A stretch of DNA of 63,973 nt, filler included, from an uncultured bacterium (GTDB lineage: Bacteria > Hinthialibacterota > Hinthialibacteria > Hinthialibacterales > Hinthialibacteraceae): assembly GCA_964449065.1 (NCBI GenBank). It is 12 parts of 12 records of this genome, joined end to end, with 100 filler letters (N's around TTAATTAATTAA, not from the genome) between each part and the next. Parts side by side here need not be neighbours in the genome. Positions count along the whole stretch, not along the records: positions 27,288 to 32,537 come from CAYVAZ010000343.1; positions 32,638 to 37,879 come from CAYVAZ010000344.1; positions 37,980 to 43,184 come from CAYVAZ010000345.1; 9 more parts are not named here. One strand, written 5' to 3'. This document shows positions 30,151 to 38,748 of this stretch, piece by piece (the first letter of the stretch is position 1; every line of letters begins with the position of its first letter). Below the pieces are notes generated by a model. The model saw nothing but the letters and a program-made list of their open reading frames with translations. It did no database searches and was not told where the DNA came from. The translations under genes were made by a program, and so were the position numbers.

Positions 30151-31446
30151 CTATGCAGTGGCTTTGGCGGAGAGTTGAATAACCGGTTCAAGGGTTTTGG
30201 ATAGTGTTTGGGGACGAAGATCGCCTTTTTTTACAATCGCGTGCGTCAAGTTTTCCAGACGGTATAGTTCGTGTTGATCAAGGGTTTTTCCGGTAATGAT
30301 GATGATTTTAACCTGATCTTTTCCCCACAATTCATGGCAGTATTGGATGACGCGTTCCCCGTTGATTTGCGGCATCAGCAGGTCGACCAAAAGATAATCC
30401 GGTTTTTGTTTGGCGAGATGGATCATCGCGTGCATGCCGCTAAAGGCTTTTTCAACCCGAAAATGGCCGCGGGTTTCAAGAAATTCAGCCAAAATTTCAA
30501 CTGTATAGGGATCGTCATCCACTATTAGGACGTTTTTGGCTTGGCTTTTGACGGGCAGAACCGCCGGTTCATTCGATGCGATGTGAGAAGGTAACTCAGC
30601 GTCTGCTGGTTTTTCTTCAATTTGACTGGATTGTTCGTTACAGGGGATGGTTAGGCGAAAGACCAAGCCCTGGCCGGCTTCACTTTGAATTTCGGTTTTA
30701 ATGTCAAGCAAACAAGCCAAGCGGTTGACGATGGCTAAGCCCAAACCTGCGCCTTCGTGCTTGCGGGTGTAAGAAGAGTCGCATTGGCGGAAAAGGTCAA
30801 AGACCGCTTCGCGCTTGTCTTCGGGAATGCCAGGGCCTGTATCGGCGATTTCGATCAACGCGCCGCCTTCAACCTGCTTTGCGGTGATCTTAATGGTGCC
30901 GTTGGAGGTGAATTTGATGGCGTTGGACACCAGTTGCCGTACGATTTCACGCACTTTGGCGGCATCGGTAACGAGCGGGAGGCCTCCATGCGGTTGGGTG
31001 ACTTCAAAGATGAGGCCTTTTTCATCGGCAGTGGGTTTGTAATCGTCTAAAATTTCGGAGATGGCATGGTTCATGTCGGACTTTTCGTAAAACACGGATA
31101 CAGCACCTGCTTCCAGGCGGGAGAGATCAAGCAATTGATTGACGAGAGTCAGCAAGCGGGTGGAGTTGCGGTCAACCCGCTGCACGGCACGGCGCTGTTT
31201 TTCATTGAGTTCGCCATAGATGCCGTCTTCTAATAATGAGTTAAAGCCGATGATGGCGTTTAAGGGGGTGCGCAGTTCGTGGGATATGGTGGCCAAAAAC
31301 TCCATGCGGAGTTGTTCGGTTTCCTGCATTTTTTGTTTGCAGTCTTCTACAGCGCCTTCGATGCTGCGGAACATGCCAAGCACTTTTTCGTTGTCACCCG
31401 CGTCGAGCGCCTGTTTGATATCGTTCAGCGAATACTCTAAGTCCAT
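30151..31446 (-). CDS. Hybrid histidine kinase (HisKA-HATPase-REC) without sensor or TM domain
   Basis: ISHELRTPLNAI, NAIKFT, DTGPGI, GAGLGLAI, LIVDDD..DLLMP. Confidence 0.92.
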   Translation of the reverse strand: MDLEYSLNDIKQALDAGDNEKVLGMFRSIEGAVEDCKQKMQETEQLRMEFLATISHELRTPLNAIIGFNSLLEDGIYGELNEKQRRAVQRVDRNSTRLLTLVNQLLDLSRLEAGAVSVFYEKSDMNHAISEILDDYKPTADEKGLIFEVTQPHGGLPLVTDAAKVREIVRQLVSNAIKFTSNGTIKITAKQVEGGALIEIADTGPGIPEDKREAVFDLFRQCDSSYTRKHEGAGLGLAIVNRLACLLDIKTEIQSEAGQGLVFRLTIPCNEQSSQIEEKPADAELPSHIASNEPAVLPVKSQAKNVLIVDDDPYTVEILAEFLETRGHFRVEKAFSGMHAMIHLAKQKPDYLLVDLLMPQINGERVIQYCHELWGKDQVKIIIITGKTLDQHELYRLENLTHAIVKKGDLRPQTLSKTLEPVIQLSAKATA

Positions 31447-31645
31447 GGAACCCACACAGTTGCTTTAGTTTTTCTCATTATACAGGGGGAGACCCTGGAA
31501 TTCAAATGATAGCATCAAATACCCGTCTGAAAAATGACATGCAGTTAAAACGACTTTTTTCTTTCACAAAATTATACTTCTTCTCTATAGAACGAATATA
31601 GTCACGATATGATAAAAATAAGAAAAATCTTTTTGTAGGTATCGT

Positions 31646-32509
31646 ATGAACGACACACAATATTGGGTACATGACCTGAGCCCGTTTTTGATTGAATTTT
31701 GGGACGGATTCGGCATCCGCTATTACGGCTTGGCGTATGTGTTGGGCTTTGTGGCGGGGATTTGGCTGCTGAATCAGTTCTACAAATACGGCAAATCGCC
31801 GCTCAATCCCAAGCAGCAGGAGACGCTGACCATCGGAATCATTTTCGGTGTGATTCTTGGCGGACGGCTTGGTTTTGTGTTTCTTTACGACTTGGGCGAG
31901 TTTGTTTCCCGCCCGTGGATGGTGTTTGAGTTTTGGAAGGGCGGCATGGCAAGCCACGGCGGGTTTATTGGTGTCATGATCGCCATCTGGTGGTGTGCAC
32001 GGAAATTTAATCTCTCTTTCTTGCGATTAGGAGACCTGATCTGCCCCCTGATTCCGCCGGGACTCTTATTCGGGCGCATTGCGAACTTTATCAACGGCGA
32101 GTTGTGGGGCACGAAGACGGATGTCTCCTGGGCGGTGATTTTTCCCGACAGCGCGCCGCCGGGCACTCCGGTAGAGTTGATTGCGCCGCGGCATCCCTCG
32201 CAGTTGTATGAAGCGGCTTTAGAGGGGGCGATTCTGCTGGCTTATACCCAATGGCGCTTTTGGAAGACGGATGCGGTGCGCTACCCGGGCCGCATGGGCG
32301 GTGAGTTCTTGTTTTTGTACGCGATTGCCCGGATTGTATGTGAGTTTTTCCGCGAGCCGGATGCCGGATTGATTCTAGGGATGAGCCGGGGGATGTTTTA
32401 CTCGATCTTTTTGGCGGTTGCCGGGATTGGACTGATCCTTTACTCCTATCAAAAGCCGCCGGATGAATTGGAACCGGATGAATCTAGTAGTTCATCAAGG
32501 CTGACATGA
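31646..32509 (+). CDS. lgt: Prolipoprotein diacylglyceryl transferase
   Basis: IRYYGL, GGRLG, GGMASHGG, GRIANFINGELWG, RHPSQLYE, EFFREPD. Confidence 0.97.
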   Translation: MNDTQYWVHDLSPFLIEFWDGFGIRYYGLAYVLGFVAGIWLLNQFYKYGKSPLNPKQQETLTIGIIFGVILGGRLGFVFLYDLGEFVSRPWMVFEFWKGGMASHGGFIGVMIAIWWCARKFNLSFLRLGDLICPLIPPGLLFGRIANFINGELWGTKTDVSWAVIFPDSAPPGTPVELIAPRHPSQLYEAALEGAILLAYTQWRFWKTDAVRYPGRMGGEFLFLYAIARIVCEFFREPDAGLILGMSRGMFYSIFLAVAGIGLILYSYQKPPDELEPDESSSSSRLT

Positions 32510-32637
32510 TGGGTGATAACTTAACCATCCACATGAANNNNNNNNNNNNNNNNNNNNNNNNNNNNNNNNNNNNNNNNNNNNTTAATTAATTAANNNNNNN
32601 NNNNNNNNNNNNNNNNNNNNNNNNNNNNNNNNNNNNN

Positions 32638-32953
32638 TAAATCCAAGGTGCTTGCAAACTGTATATTGATAGGCATCATCGAAATCTAACTTCTGTTTCT
32701 TCCTGTTTGATTGAATCTCTTTATACTGTTCTTTTGGTAATGTAGTGAGATTTACTTTTGGCAACGTATCATTAAGAAACGCTAAAAACAGATCATCCTC
32801 AAGTTGCTTGAATAGAATTACTCCTATAGAATGGAGAGAAAAATCAGTAAAACTGAGATCACTGACATTTTGATCCAGAAAGTCTTTACACGTTTGGCTC
32901 TTTGCCTGTTTGAGAAGAATCTCCAGAAATATGTTGGTATCTACCAAATACAT
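32638..32953 (-). CDS. PIN-domain (VapC-like) toxin, 3' truncated by contig end
   Basis: MYLVDTNIFLE, LDFDDAYQY; TAATG coupling to upstream gene. Confidence 0.9.
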
Positions 32954-33183
32954 TATCGCCAATCCATCGCTTTATGCTGCAATTCCACCGAAGTATATTG
33001 ATCCTGTAATTTTAACAATCCACCTTCCCAATCAAATTTAAATGTGTTTTCATTTTTGCTTTTCACTGTTTCTTTAGTTCCATACTTATTCAGCAAAAAC
33101 TCAATATAATCAAGAACCTCTGGTTTCAAGTGGTCGGGAAGTTTTTTGATCTTCATTTCTATTTCGTTCACAGTCATACCCAT
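32953..33183 (-). CDS. DUF2281-type antitoxin
   Basis: KLP..EVLDYIEFLL..FDWEGGL..SVELQHKA; directly upstream of PIN gene. Confidence 0.85.
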   Translation of the reverse strand: MGMTVNEIEMKIKKLPDHLKPEVLDYIEFLLNKYGTKETVKSKNENTFKFDWEGGLLKLQDQYTSVELQHKAMDWR

Positions 33184-33210
33184 TTTCCAATTATTTAACC
33201 AACTAAATTT

Positions 33211-33361
33211 CTAAAGAGTGCGAAGTTCTCATCTGGATTTTACATAAGTGAAGTCGATTCAATAACTTATGTATGACTTGGGTTTATCGAATTGATTATT
33301 CCTAAGTCTCTCATTTCACTTGACTTGAAAAATTGCTAACAAAGCACTTCGCACTCTCCAG
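33211..33361. mobile_element. 151-bp MITE with 16-bp TIRs and 7-bp target duplication
   Basis: CTAAAGAGTGCGAAGT...ACTTCGCACTCTCCAG flanked by TAAATTT at 33204-33210 and 33362-33368. Confidence 0.8.
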
Positions 33362-33382
33362 TAAATTTTACTACGGGTTATA

Positions 33383-33411
33383 AACATAATGCGTCACATG
33401 ATATGTGTAAA
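33383..33411 (-). promoter_or_regulatory. Sigma70-type promoter of the DUF2281/PIN cassette
   Basis: Minus strand TTTACA-N17-TATGTT just after the R' box. Confidence 0.5.
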
Positions 33412-33427
33412 GCAGTCTTTTTGCACT

Positions 33428-33475
33428 GTATAACGTCAAGGCTCACCGCCGGCCGATGGAATGTCTGGGTTAGCT
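33428..33475 (-). mobile_element. Shortened or degenerate attC site
   Basis: Minus strand AGCTAAC (contains MTase stop)...CGGTGAGCCTTGAC-GTTATAC; only 48 bp, left arm apparently lost. Confidence 0.55.
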
Positions 33476-34090
33476 ATTATGCTTTTGATATAGCGCATAA
33501 ATATAAGGACGCGGATCACCGGCAGGGTTTATGTAGGTATAGTCTTCTTGGTTAACGAGTTCAAACCCTGACCCCATGCGCCTTGTCATTTCTTCGATGG
33601 AGTAGCGATGGAGTTCAAGACCCGCGCATTTCCGGGCCCCCATAGTCGAAAACTCTGCCAATAAAGCATATCCTTCGGGTTTTATCACGGATTGCATGTT
33701 CGCAAAGTACCCCTGAATATCGGCTTCTTGAAGCAAAAAATGAAGAACGGCGCGATCAATCCAAATATCAGCTAAGGGAGTGCCTTCAGGCAGCGGTTTT
33801 GATATGTCATGATGCAGCCACGTCAATTTGCTGCTCGTGCCAATCCGGGTTCTAAGCTTATGGAGGGCTGCATCGCTGATATCGTTCAGAACAAGATTAT
33901 GCCCTCTCGCCAGAATTGTATCGACAAGTTTGGATGTGCCTGCACCTGGGAGAAAAACGGTGGCGGATTCGGCCAATTGAATCCGGTCGAGAAACTTCAA
34001 TGTCTGTGAGACATCGTCCTCATACCAGCCGAGTTCAGGATCGTCTTTGGTGGAGAAGATCGTATTCCAATGTTCATTTCGTGTCGTCAT
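33470..34090 (-). CDS. Class I SAM-dependent methyltransferase
   Basis: HWNTIF..GWYE, PGAGTSKL, WIDRAVLHFL, KCAGL; RBS GGAGG before MTTRN. Confidence 0.85.
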   Translation of the reverse strand: MTTRNEHWNTIFSTKDDPELGWYEDDVSQTLKFLDRIQLAESATVFLPGAGTSKLVDTILARGHNLVLNDISDAALHKLRTRIGTSSKLTWLHHDISKPLPEGTPLADIWIDRAVLHFLLQEADIQGYFANMQSVIKPEGYALLAEFSTMGARKCAGLELHRYSIEEMTRRMGSGFELVNQEDYTYINPAGDPRPYIYALYQKHNS

Positions 34091-34160
34091 GTTTTGCCTC
34101 CGGCTCATTCTGATCAATGAAATAAACAAATAGGTTCGTATCGAGGAAGATTTTAGACAC
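34074..34160 (-). pseudogene. Truncated PIN toxin (first ~22 residues)
   Basis: GTG overlapping antitoxin end reads MSKIFLDTNLFVYFIDQNEPEAKHDDTK*. Confidence 0.75.
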
Positions 34161-34377
34161 GGTACAAATCTCCGCGTGTCCATTTTTCATTCCCGGATTT
34201 CACATTGGCTTTATCCATAAGACTGAACGTATCATCAAGCCATTGGGATTGCTTCTTCACAACCGTCTGTTCAATCAATCGGCGAACCAGCACATGAAAG
34301 GATATATTATGCTGACGGGCATATTCACGGCCCGCTTGAAGAAGAAAATCATCAATAGAAAGGGTGATGTTTTTCAT
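34153..34377 (-). CDS. RHH-type antitoxin (DUF6364-like)
   Basis: MKNITLSIDD..AGREYA..LVRRL..KWTRGDLY. Confidence 0.8.
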   Translation of the reverse strand: MKNITLSIDDFLLQAGREYARQHNISFHVLVRRLIEQTVVKKQSQWLDDTFSLMDKANVKSGNEKWTRGDLYRV

Positions 34378-34395
34378 GCTTGCCTTCTATTACAC

Positions 34396-34424
34396 AGCAT
34401 ACGCGCACACAAAGTGTATGTCAA
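34396..34424 (-). promoter_or_regulatory. Sigma70 promoter of the RHH antitoxin cassette
   Basis: Minus strand TTGACA-N17-TATGCT, 18 nt upstream of ATG. Confidence 0.75.
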
Positions 34425-34455
34425 CTTCTTCTTTTTATTCCAGCACATAGGGTAC

Positions 34456-34513
34456 TTCTAACGCACCGGTTTAGCCTCGAATGATGGGCACAAACCGACC
34501 GTGCCCATCCTAC
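34456..34513 (-). mobile_element. Right half of an attC site fused to a GTAG-type REP hairpin
   Basis: Minus strand GTAGGATGGGCACGGTCGGTTTGTGCCCATC then GCTAAACCGGTGC-GTTAGAA (R'-like). Confidence 0.5.
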
Positions 34514-34597
34514 GCGACTGTATGACATAAATCAAGAAAGAATCAAGAATAAAAGTCAGTATTTGATCCAATAATTTTAATTTACATGCAATTCCAT

Positions 34598-34822
34598 CTA
34601 TGCGGTGGGTCTAGCATGAAGCAGTTCACCGGCTTGAATTTGCCGAACATCGTCAGCGCCAACAGTGATGAGCGCCACCGTCCGTCCGCCGCCGTCCACA
34701 AATTCCACTTCGAATCCGCGGCCACCTTTGTAAACATGCACAACCGTCCCCACATCCCCCCGGTTGAGTTTTTCGTGCGGCGGGTGGCAATCAAGTACCA
34801 CAAGAGAATGTTCAACAATCAT
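34598..34822 (-). CDS. DUF4926-family protein
   Basis: VVL..L.RGDVGTVVHVY..FEVEFVD..GRTVAL; ATGA overlap with upstream gene. Confidence 0.85.
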   Translation of the reverse strand: MIVEHSLVVLDCHPPHEKLNRGDVGTVVHVYKGGRGFEVEFVDGGGRTVALITVGADDVRQIQAGELLHARPTA

Positions 34823-35157
34823 TTGTCTTCCTCCGGATACGCGGTTACAAGCCGGGGCGGTTCGTCATCTTCTACGATCCAAACCGTCATTGCATTTCCC
34901 TGACGATGGTTCGGGCAGCCAACCGGGCCGGCTGCCTTGTATTTTATACCGAATCGCGTCGTTTCGGTATCGAATTTGTCACAATCATAAGCAATTGCCA
35001 GCAGGTCGTCCGCTAATCGTTGCCATTCGTTGCGGGTGTAACCAAGCGAATAAAACCAGACTGCCTTCGAGCCGCCATCAGGATGCTCAAGGTTGAGCAG
35101 GTAGTCGCGGACTTTTTCGATACCGGCTATGGCTTGGTCTGCGTTAGGGATTGGCAT
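34819..35157 (-). CDS. DUF6883-like protein (putative toxin/nuclease)
   Basis: IPNADQA..KVRDYLLNLEHPDGGSKA..LGY..TVWI..PRLVTAYP; starts 12 nt after attC. Confidence 0.8.
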   Translation of the reverse strand: MPIPNADQAIAGIEKVRDYLLNLEHPDGGSKAVWFYSLGYTRNEWQRLADDLLAIAYDCDKFDTETTRFGIKYKAAGPVGCPNHRQGNAMTVWIVEDDEPPRLVTAYPEEDK

Positions 35158-35169
35158 TTGAATTTGATG

Positions 35170-35259
35170 GCATAACGTCGTGCTCAGCGGCAGCAAAAAG
35201 CGTAGTGGCAAGGAACGAGGATCGCCGCTTTTTGTGACCGCTGGATCCACCTGTTAAGC
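35170..35259 (-). mobile_element. Integron attC recombination site (90 bp)
   Basis: Minus strand R'' GCTTAAC (contains upstream stop), stems CAGCGG/CCGCTG and CAAAAAGCG/CGCTTTTTG, R' GTTATGC. Confidence 0.85.
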
Positions 35260-35811
35260 GAATAATTGAACTTGTTTATTACTAAGCCTTTCGATCTTTT
35301 TTGTTATTTGCAATTTTTCTTCGGCCTTATTGAGTGAGGTGGGCGACATGTATTGAATTAGCCTTCTTAGGTCATTTACATCCGAGATGGTTATAAACTC
35401 CTTAGCCTTGTTTACATACACCAGAGATTTTTTGTGTCTACTCAAAAGTTCAATTGCGTTACTCAAAGTTCCTGTGCTCTTTGAATCCCACACCATAAAG
35501 CCGTAATCGCAATCTGTTGCCATCTCTAAATCTTTGGCAGTGAAATAGGCTCTTGTTCCCGGCTTACTTGTTGTTGAAACATTAATAGTTTCCCAATTTC
35601 CTAAGTTGTTTCTAGGGCGAGTTCCAGTGCAGTAGACAAGAACAGATTTCGCGCACCTTTTTTTTAAATATTCTTGGACAGAAGAATCAACGCCATCCGC
35701 ATCACCTACAATTACGCCATAGTGCTTTTCCAAAATTTTATTGATGCGATCTAGAACGTTATTATCCAGACGCTTTATACGCATTGATCCTGATATGAAC
35801 ACTTTTGTCAT
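35254..35811 (-). CDS. SLOG (DprA/YspA-like) nucleotide-binding protein
   Basis: VFISGS, VIVGDADGVD, AKDLEMA..DYGFMVWDSKSTGT. Confidence 0.7.
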   Translation of the reverse strand: MTKVFISGSMRIKRLDNNVLDRINKILEKHYGVIVGDADGVDSSVQEYLKKRCAKSVLVYCTGTRPRNNLGNWETINVSTTSKPGTRAYFTAKDLEMATDCDYGFMVWDSKSTGTLSNAIELLSRHKKSLVYVNKAKEFITISDVNDLRRLIQYMSPTSLNKAEEKLQITKKIERLSNKQVQLFA

Positions 35812-36392
35812 CAGTGCTTCCTTGTGATTGTGGCCACATATATATTTCTAATCTTGGGATATCTTCGAAGTACGATAGTTGCGGCTTCGAGCGTCGCCCC
35901 TGTATCATAAAGATCATCAACAATCAACACATCATATTGCCCATCAAACAAGACATCCTCATAATATAGCTTATCGCATAGCGCTTTGACCTTATCGTCT
36001 CGATTGCCGATATTCTTCATTTGATCCGTGTCTGCGTTCTTTAGTAGCATGTTCTCGATACATGGTATTCCAAGATTTGCTGCAACTTGCCGGGAGATTT
36101 CAACAACCGGTTGTCTTTCACGGTGCTGTGATGGTGGAATAGGGAGCACGAATGATATGAACTCAAATGCAGACGAAGCGGCTGTGGACAACTCATGCCC
36201 GATAATTGATATCTTACTGTAATCATGTTTGTACTTTAGTTGATATAGGCACTCGCCAATTTCTGTTCTTGTTGTATCAAACGTCGGGTGTCCATATTCA
36301 TTGTCACCCGTATAAACACTACTCAATGTATGCTCATCTAGAGAGAAACCGTCATTCCACGGTCCATGTATTTTCCTTGGATTTACATTCAT
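35811..36392 (-). CDS. ComF-like type I phosphoribosyltransferase
   Basis: LYQLKY, LPIPPS, PRPP loop VLIVDDLYDTGATL; TGATG coupling to SLOG gene. Confidence 0.85.
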   Translation of the reverse strand: MNVNPRKIHGPWNDGFSLDEHTLSSVYTGDNEYGHPTFDTTRTEIGECLYQLKYKHDYSKISIIGHELSTAASSAFEFISFVLPIPPSQHRERQPVVEISRQVAANLGIPCIENMLLKNADTDQMKNIGNRDDKVKALCDKLYYEDVLFDGQYDVLIVDDLYDTGATLEAATIVLRRYPKIRNIYVATITRKH

Positions 36393-36598
36393 CACCTGAT
36401 TTCCATGTTGTAGCACTAAACAAAATATTCAATGGTTTCTTTAGTTTATTTCAAATTTTCTTGACAATCAATAATTTTATCCAATTCTAGCCGTTGTTTA
36501 TTACAAATACCATCTAAAATAGAAGTCTATTGATTATGAAAAAATCAGATAAAAAATTGATCCATGCCTATTCATAGCAATTGGCGAATCATTGTGGT

Positions 36599-37273
36599 TT
36601 AACTTTGCCGGCTCACTATTTCTTTGATCCAAATGGGTGCGAAGGGAGAGGTGCAGCCTTTTGACACCGGGTAGTCACGGTATACCCCCAGCCTTTCCCC
36701 AATATCAATGGCGCGCTGGCGGTGTTCCGGGTGGTGGATGCCAATCCCGGCTAGAGTAAAATTCATGGTCCACTGGGCTGCTGGAGCCGCTTTCGCCATC
36801 TCTTTCTCTATGCGGGTAAGGAGAGCTGGAATATCTACCATTTCAGGATTCCTGGCTACTCTTTGAGAGGTTAAGTTCCACCCTGCGCGAGCCGCCATAG
36901 GATTTTTGTCTTTCATCCATTTCTTGCGCAGTGTTTCATTGTCCGGATGAAATTTGACAACATAGGAATTAAGCCAGTCTGCCACGCGGTCATATTTCAC
37001 TGAGCGTACCATCGTGTCCAATTCATCCGCTGTCAGTTCCATTGGCTTAATGAGAAGTATGGCCAGCATTTGGGCATCAAAATTTTCCGTTTCCCAAAGT
37101 TGAAGCGCCAATTCATGATTGGTCTTGATCTTTTTCGCCACCTTGCGCAGGTCGCCTAATTTCACTCCGTACTGGTTCTCTCCTACTCCGCTTTTCGAGT
37201 TTTGAGTTTTTATCTTTTCATTGCTTAACGATTCAAGTTCTTTCAGTGTTTCTTTCAAAGTCATATTTGGCAT
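36599..37273 (-). CDS. DNA alkylation repair (AlkD-like HEAT) protein
   Basis: YGVKLGDLRKVAKKIK..LALQLWET; YRDYPVSKGCTSPFAPIWI; RBS GGAGG. Confidence 0.85.
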   Translation of the reverse strand: MPNMTLKETLKELESLSNEKIKTQNSKSGVGENQYGVKLGDLRKVAKKIKTNHELALQLWETENFDAQMLAILLIKPMELTADELDTMVRSVKYDRVADWLNSYVVKFHPDNETLRKKWMKDKNPMAARAGWNLTSQRVARNPEMVDIPALLTRIEKEMAKAAPAAQWTMNFTLAGIGIHHPEHRQRAIDIGERLGVYRDYPVSKGCTSPFAPIWIKEIVSRQS

Positions 37274-37314
37274 TGATCAACCTCCCAACGAACCTTCCCT
37301 ATTATTGCTTTTCT

Positions 37315-37879
37315 CTATTCTTTCACGGCAGAAATGTTGAGATCAATGCGCACGTTGTCGCTTAGCATCAGCATCCCGTTTTGCAGCTTGCCGCCGACAT
37401 CCATATTGTAATCGCTGCGTTTGATGGTGGTGTGGCCTTTGATGCCAATTCTTTCGCTGCCTCTGGGGCCTTTGACCGGGCCGTTGATTTTGAAGGGGAT
37501 GCTGATTTCTTTGGTGACGCCATGTAGAAAAAAGTCGCCTACCGCAACCATGCCGCCAGCAGATGTTTTAATCTCTTTGCTTTGAAACACCATGTGAGGA
37601 TAGTTTTCCGCGTCGAAAAAATCATCCCGCTGCAAGTGTTCATCGCGCCCCTGCACGCCGGTATCGATGCTGGATACATCGATCATCACATGAACCGATG
37701 AGTTTTCGATGTTCTCTTGATCGTAATGAATGCTGCCATTGTATTGCTTGAATAACCCTTCGATTTCATTGATCCCCCAGTATTGAATGGAGAAACGGAT
37801 AGAGCCGTGCACAGGATCAATTGCATATTTGGCGGTTGCCGCATACACAAGTGAAACAGAGCATACAACAATAAATAAA
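37315..37879 (-). CDS. YceI-family protein, 5' truncated
   Basis: YAIDPVH, SIDTG..RDEHL..DFFDAENYP, LHGVTK, IKRSDY. Confidence 0.9.
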
Positions 37880-38078
37880 NNNNNNNNNNNNNNNNNNNNN
37901 NNNNNNNNNNNNNNNNNNNNNNNTTAATTAATTAANNNNNNNNNNNNNNNNNNNNNNNNNNNNNNNNNNNNNNNNNNNNCAATCTGTTAAGCCGTTTTGA
38001 TTTTCGTGAACAATCCAAATTGGAAATGGTATAACTTCCCCCAATTTGATTGGGGGAAGAATGCCTTTGCCGATACTT

Positions 38079-38738
38079 TCACACCTTCTGACAGACATAA
38101 TGCCAGTGCCAGGAGTTTGGTTTGCGGTGTTCGTGCTGGCTTAGGGATAGGATTTCAAAGCCGTGCAGTGCCGCACAGGCATCCAGAGCGTTGTGATAGC
38201 AATGCGGGTGTTCTTTTTCATCCACTTCATTGTGGATATAGGTATCTTCCGCGATCCTTGTGCCTTTGCCGTAGTAGAGGTTGCGTTTGGTTAAAAAGGT
38301 GCCTTGGAAGAAGCCGTTCAACTTCAATACTCTTCCAATTTCGCTGATGGCTTGGCGGGTTTCGTGCAGGTTGCCGTGGTAGATGACGTTCCATGATAGA
38401 ACAAAGTCAAAGAAGGCATCTTCGTAGGGCAAGTGGTTCATGAAGCCGAGTTGGGTGCTCACCGTCAGCCCCATTTCTAGCGCTTTTTCTTCGGTTTGCT
38501 GGATACCGCTCCTGCTGCCATCCAACGCGAAAACATCAAATCCCTGATCCGCGAGAAAGATTGCATGGCGCCCTACCCCGCTGCCTAGATCGAGAACACG
38601 CTGCACTCCATTCTCTGTTAGAAAGGGGACCAGATTTACGACATCATCCTGCGGTTGAATCCAATCCTTACGGCCGTCCTCGGTCTGCCAGCGGGCATCC
38701 CAACTTTGGTATGCGGTTCTAGTTGTTTGGGTCTTCAT
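38079..38738 (-). CDS. Class I SAM-dependent methyltransferase
   Basis: VLDLGSGVGRH, LPYEDAFFDFVLSWNVIYHG; 10 nt after phnE. Confidence 0.88.
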   Translation of the reverse strand: MKTQTTRTAYQSWDARWQTEDGRKDWIQPQDDVVNLVPFLTENGVQRVLDLGSGVGRHAIFLADQGFDVFALDGSRSGIQQTEEKALEMGLTVSTQLGFMNHLPYEDAFFDFVLSWNVIYHGNLHETRQAISEIGRVLKLNGFFQGTFLTKRNLYYGKGTRIAEDTYIHNEVDEKEHPHCYHNALDACAALHGFEILSLSQHEHRKPNSWHWHYVCQKV

Positions 38739-38748
38739 ATTGGTTCCC

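Noticed and set aside
36393..36600. Further attC or attI upstream of the PRTase
   Set aside because: No RYYYAAC..GTTRRRY pair with a supporting stem found by eye
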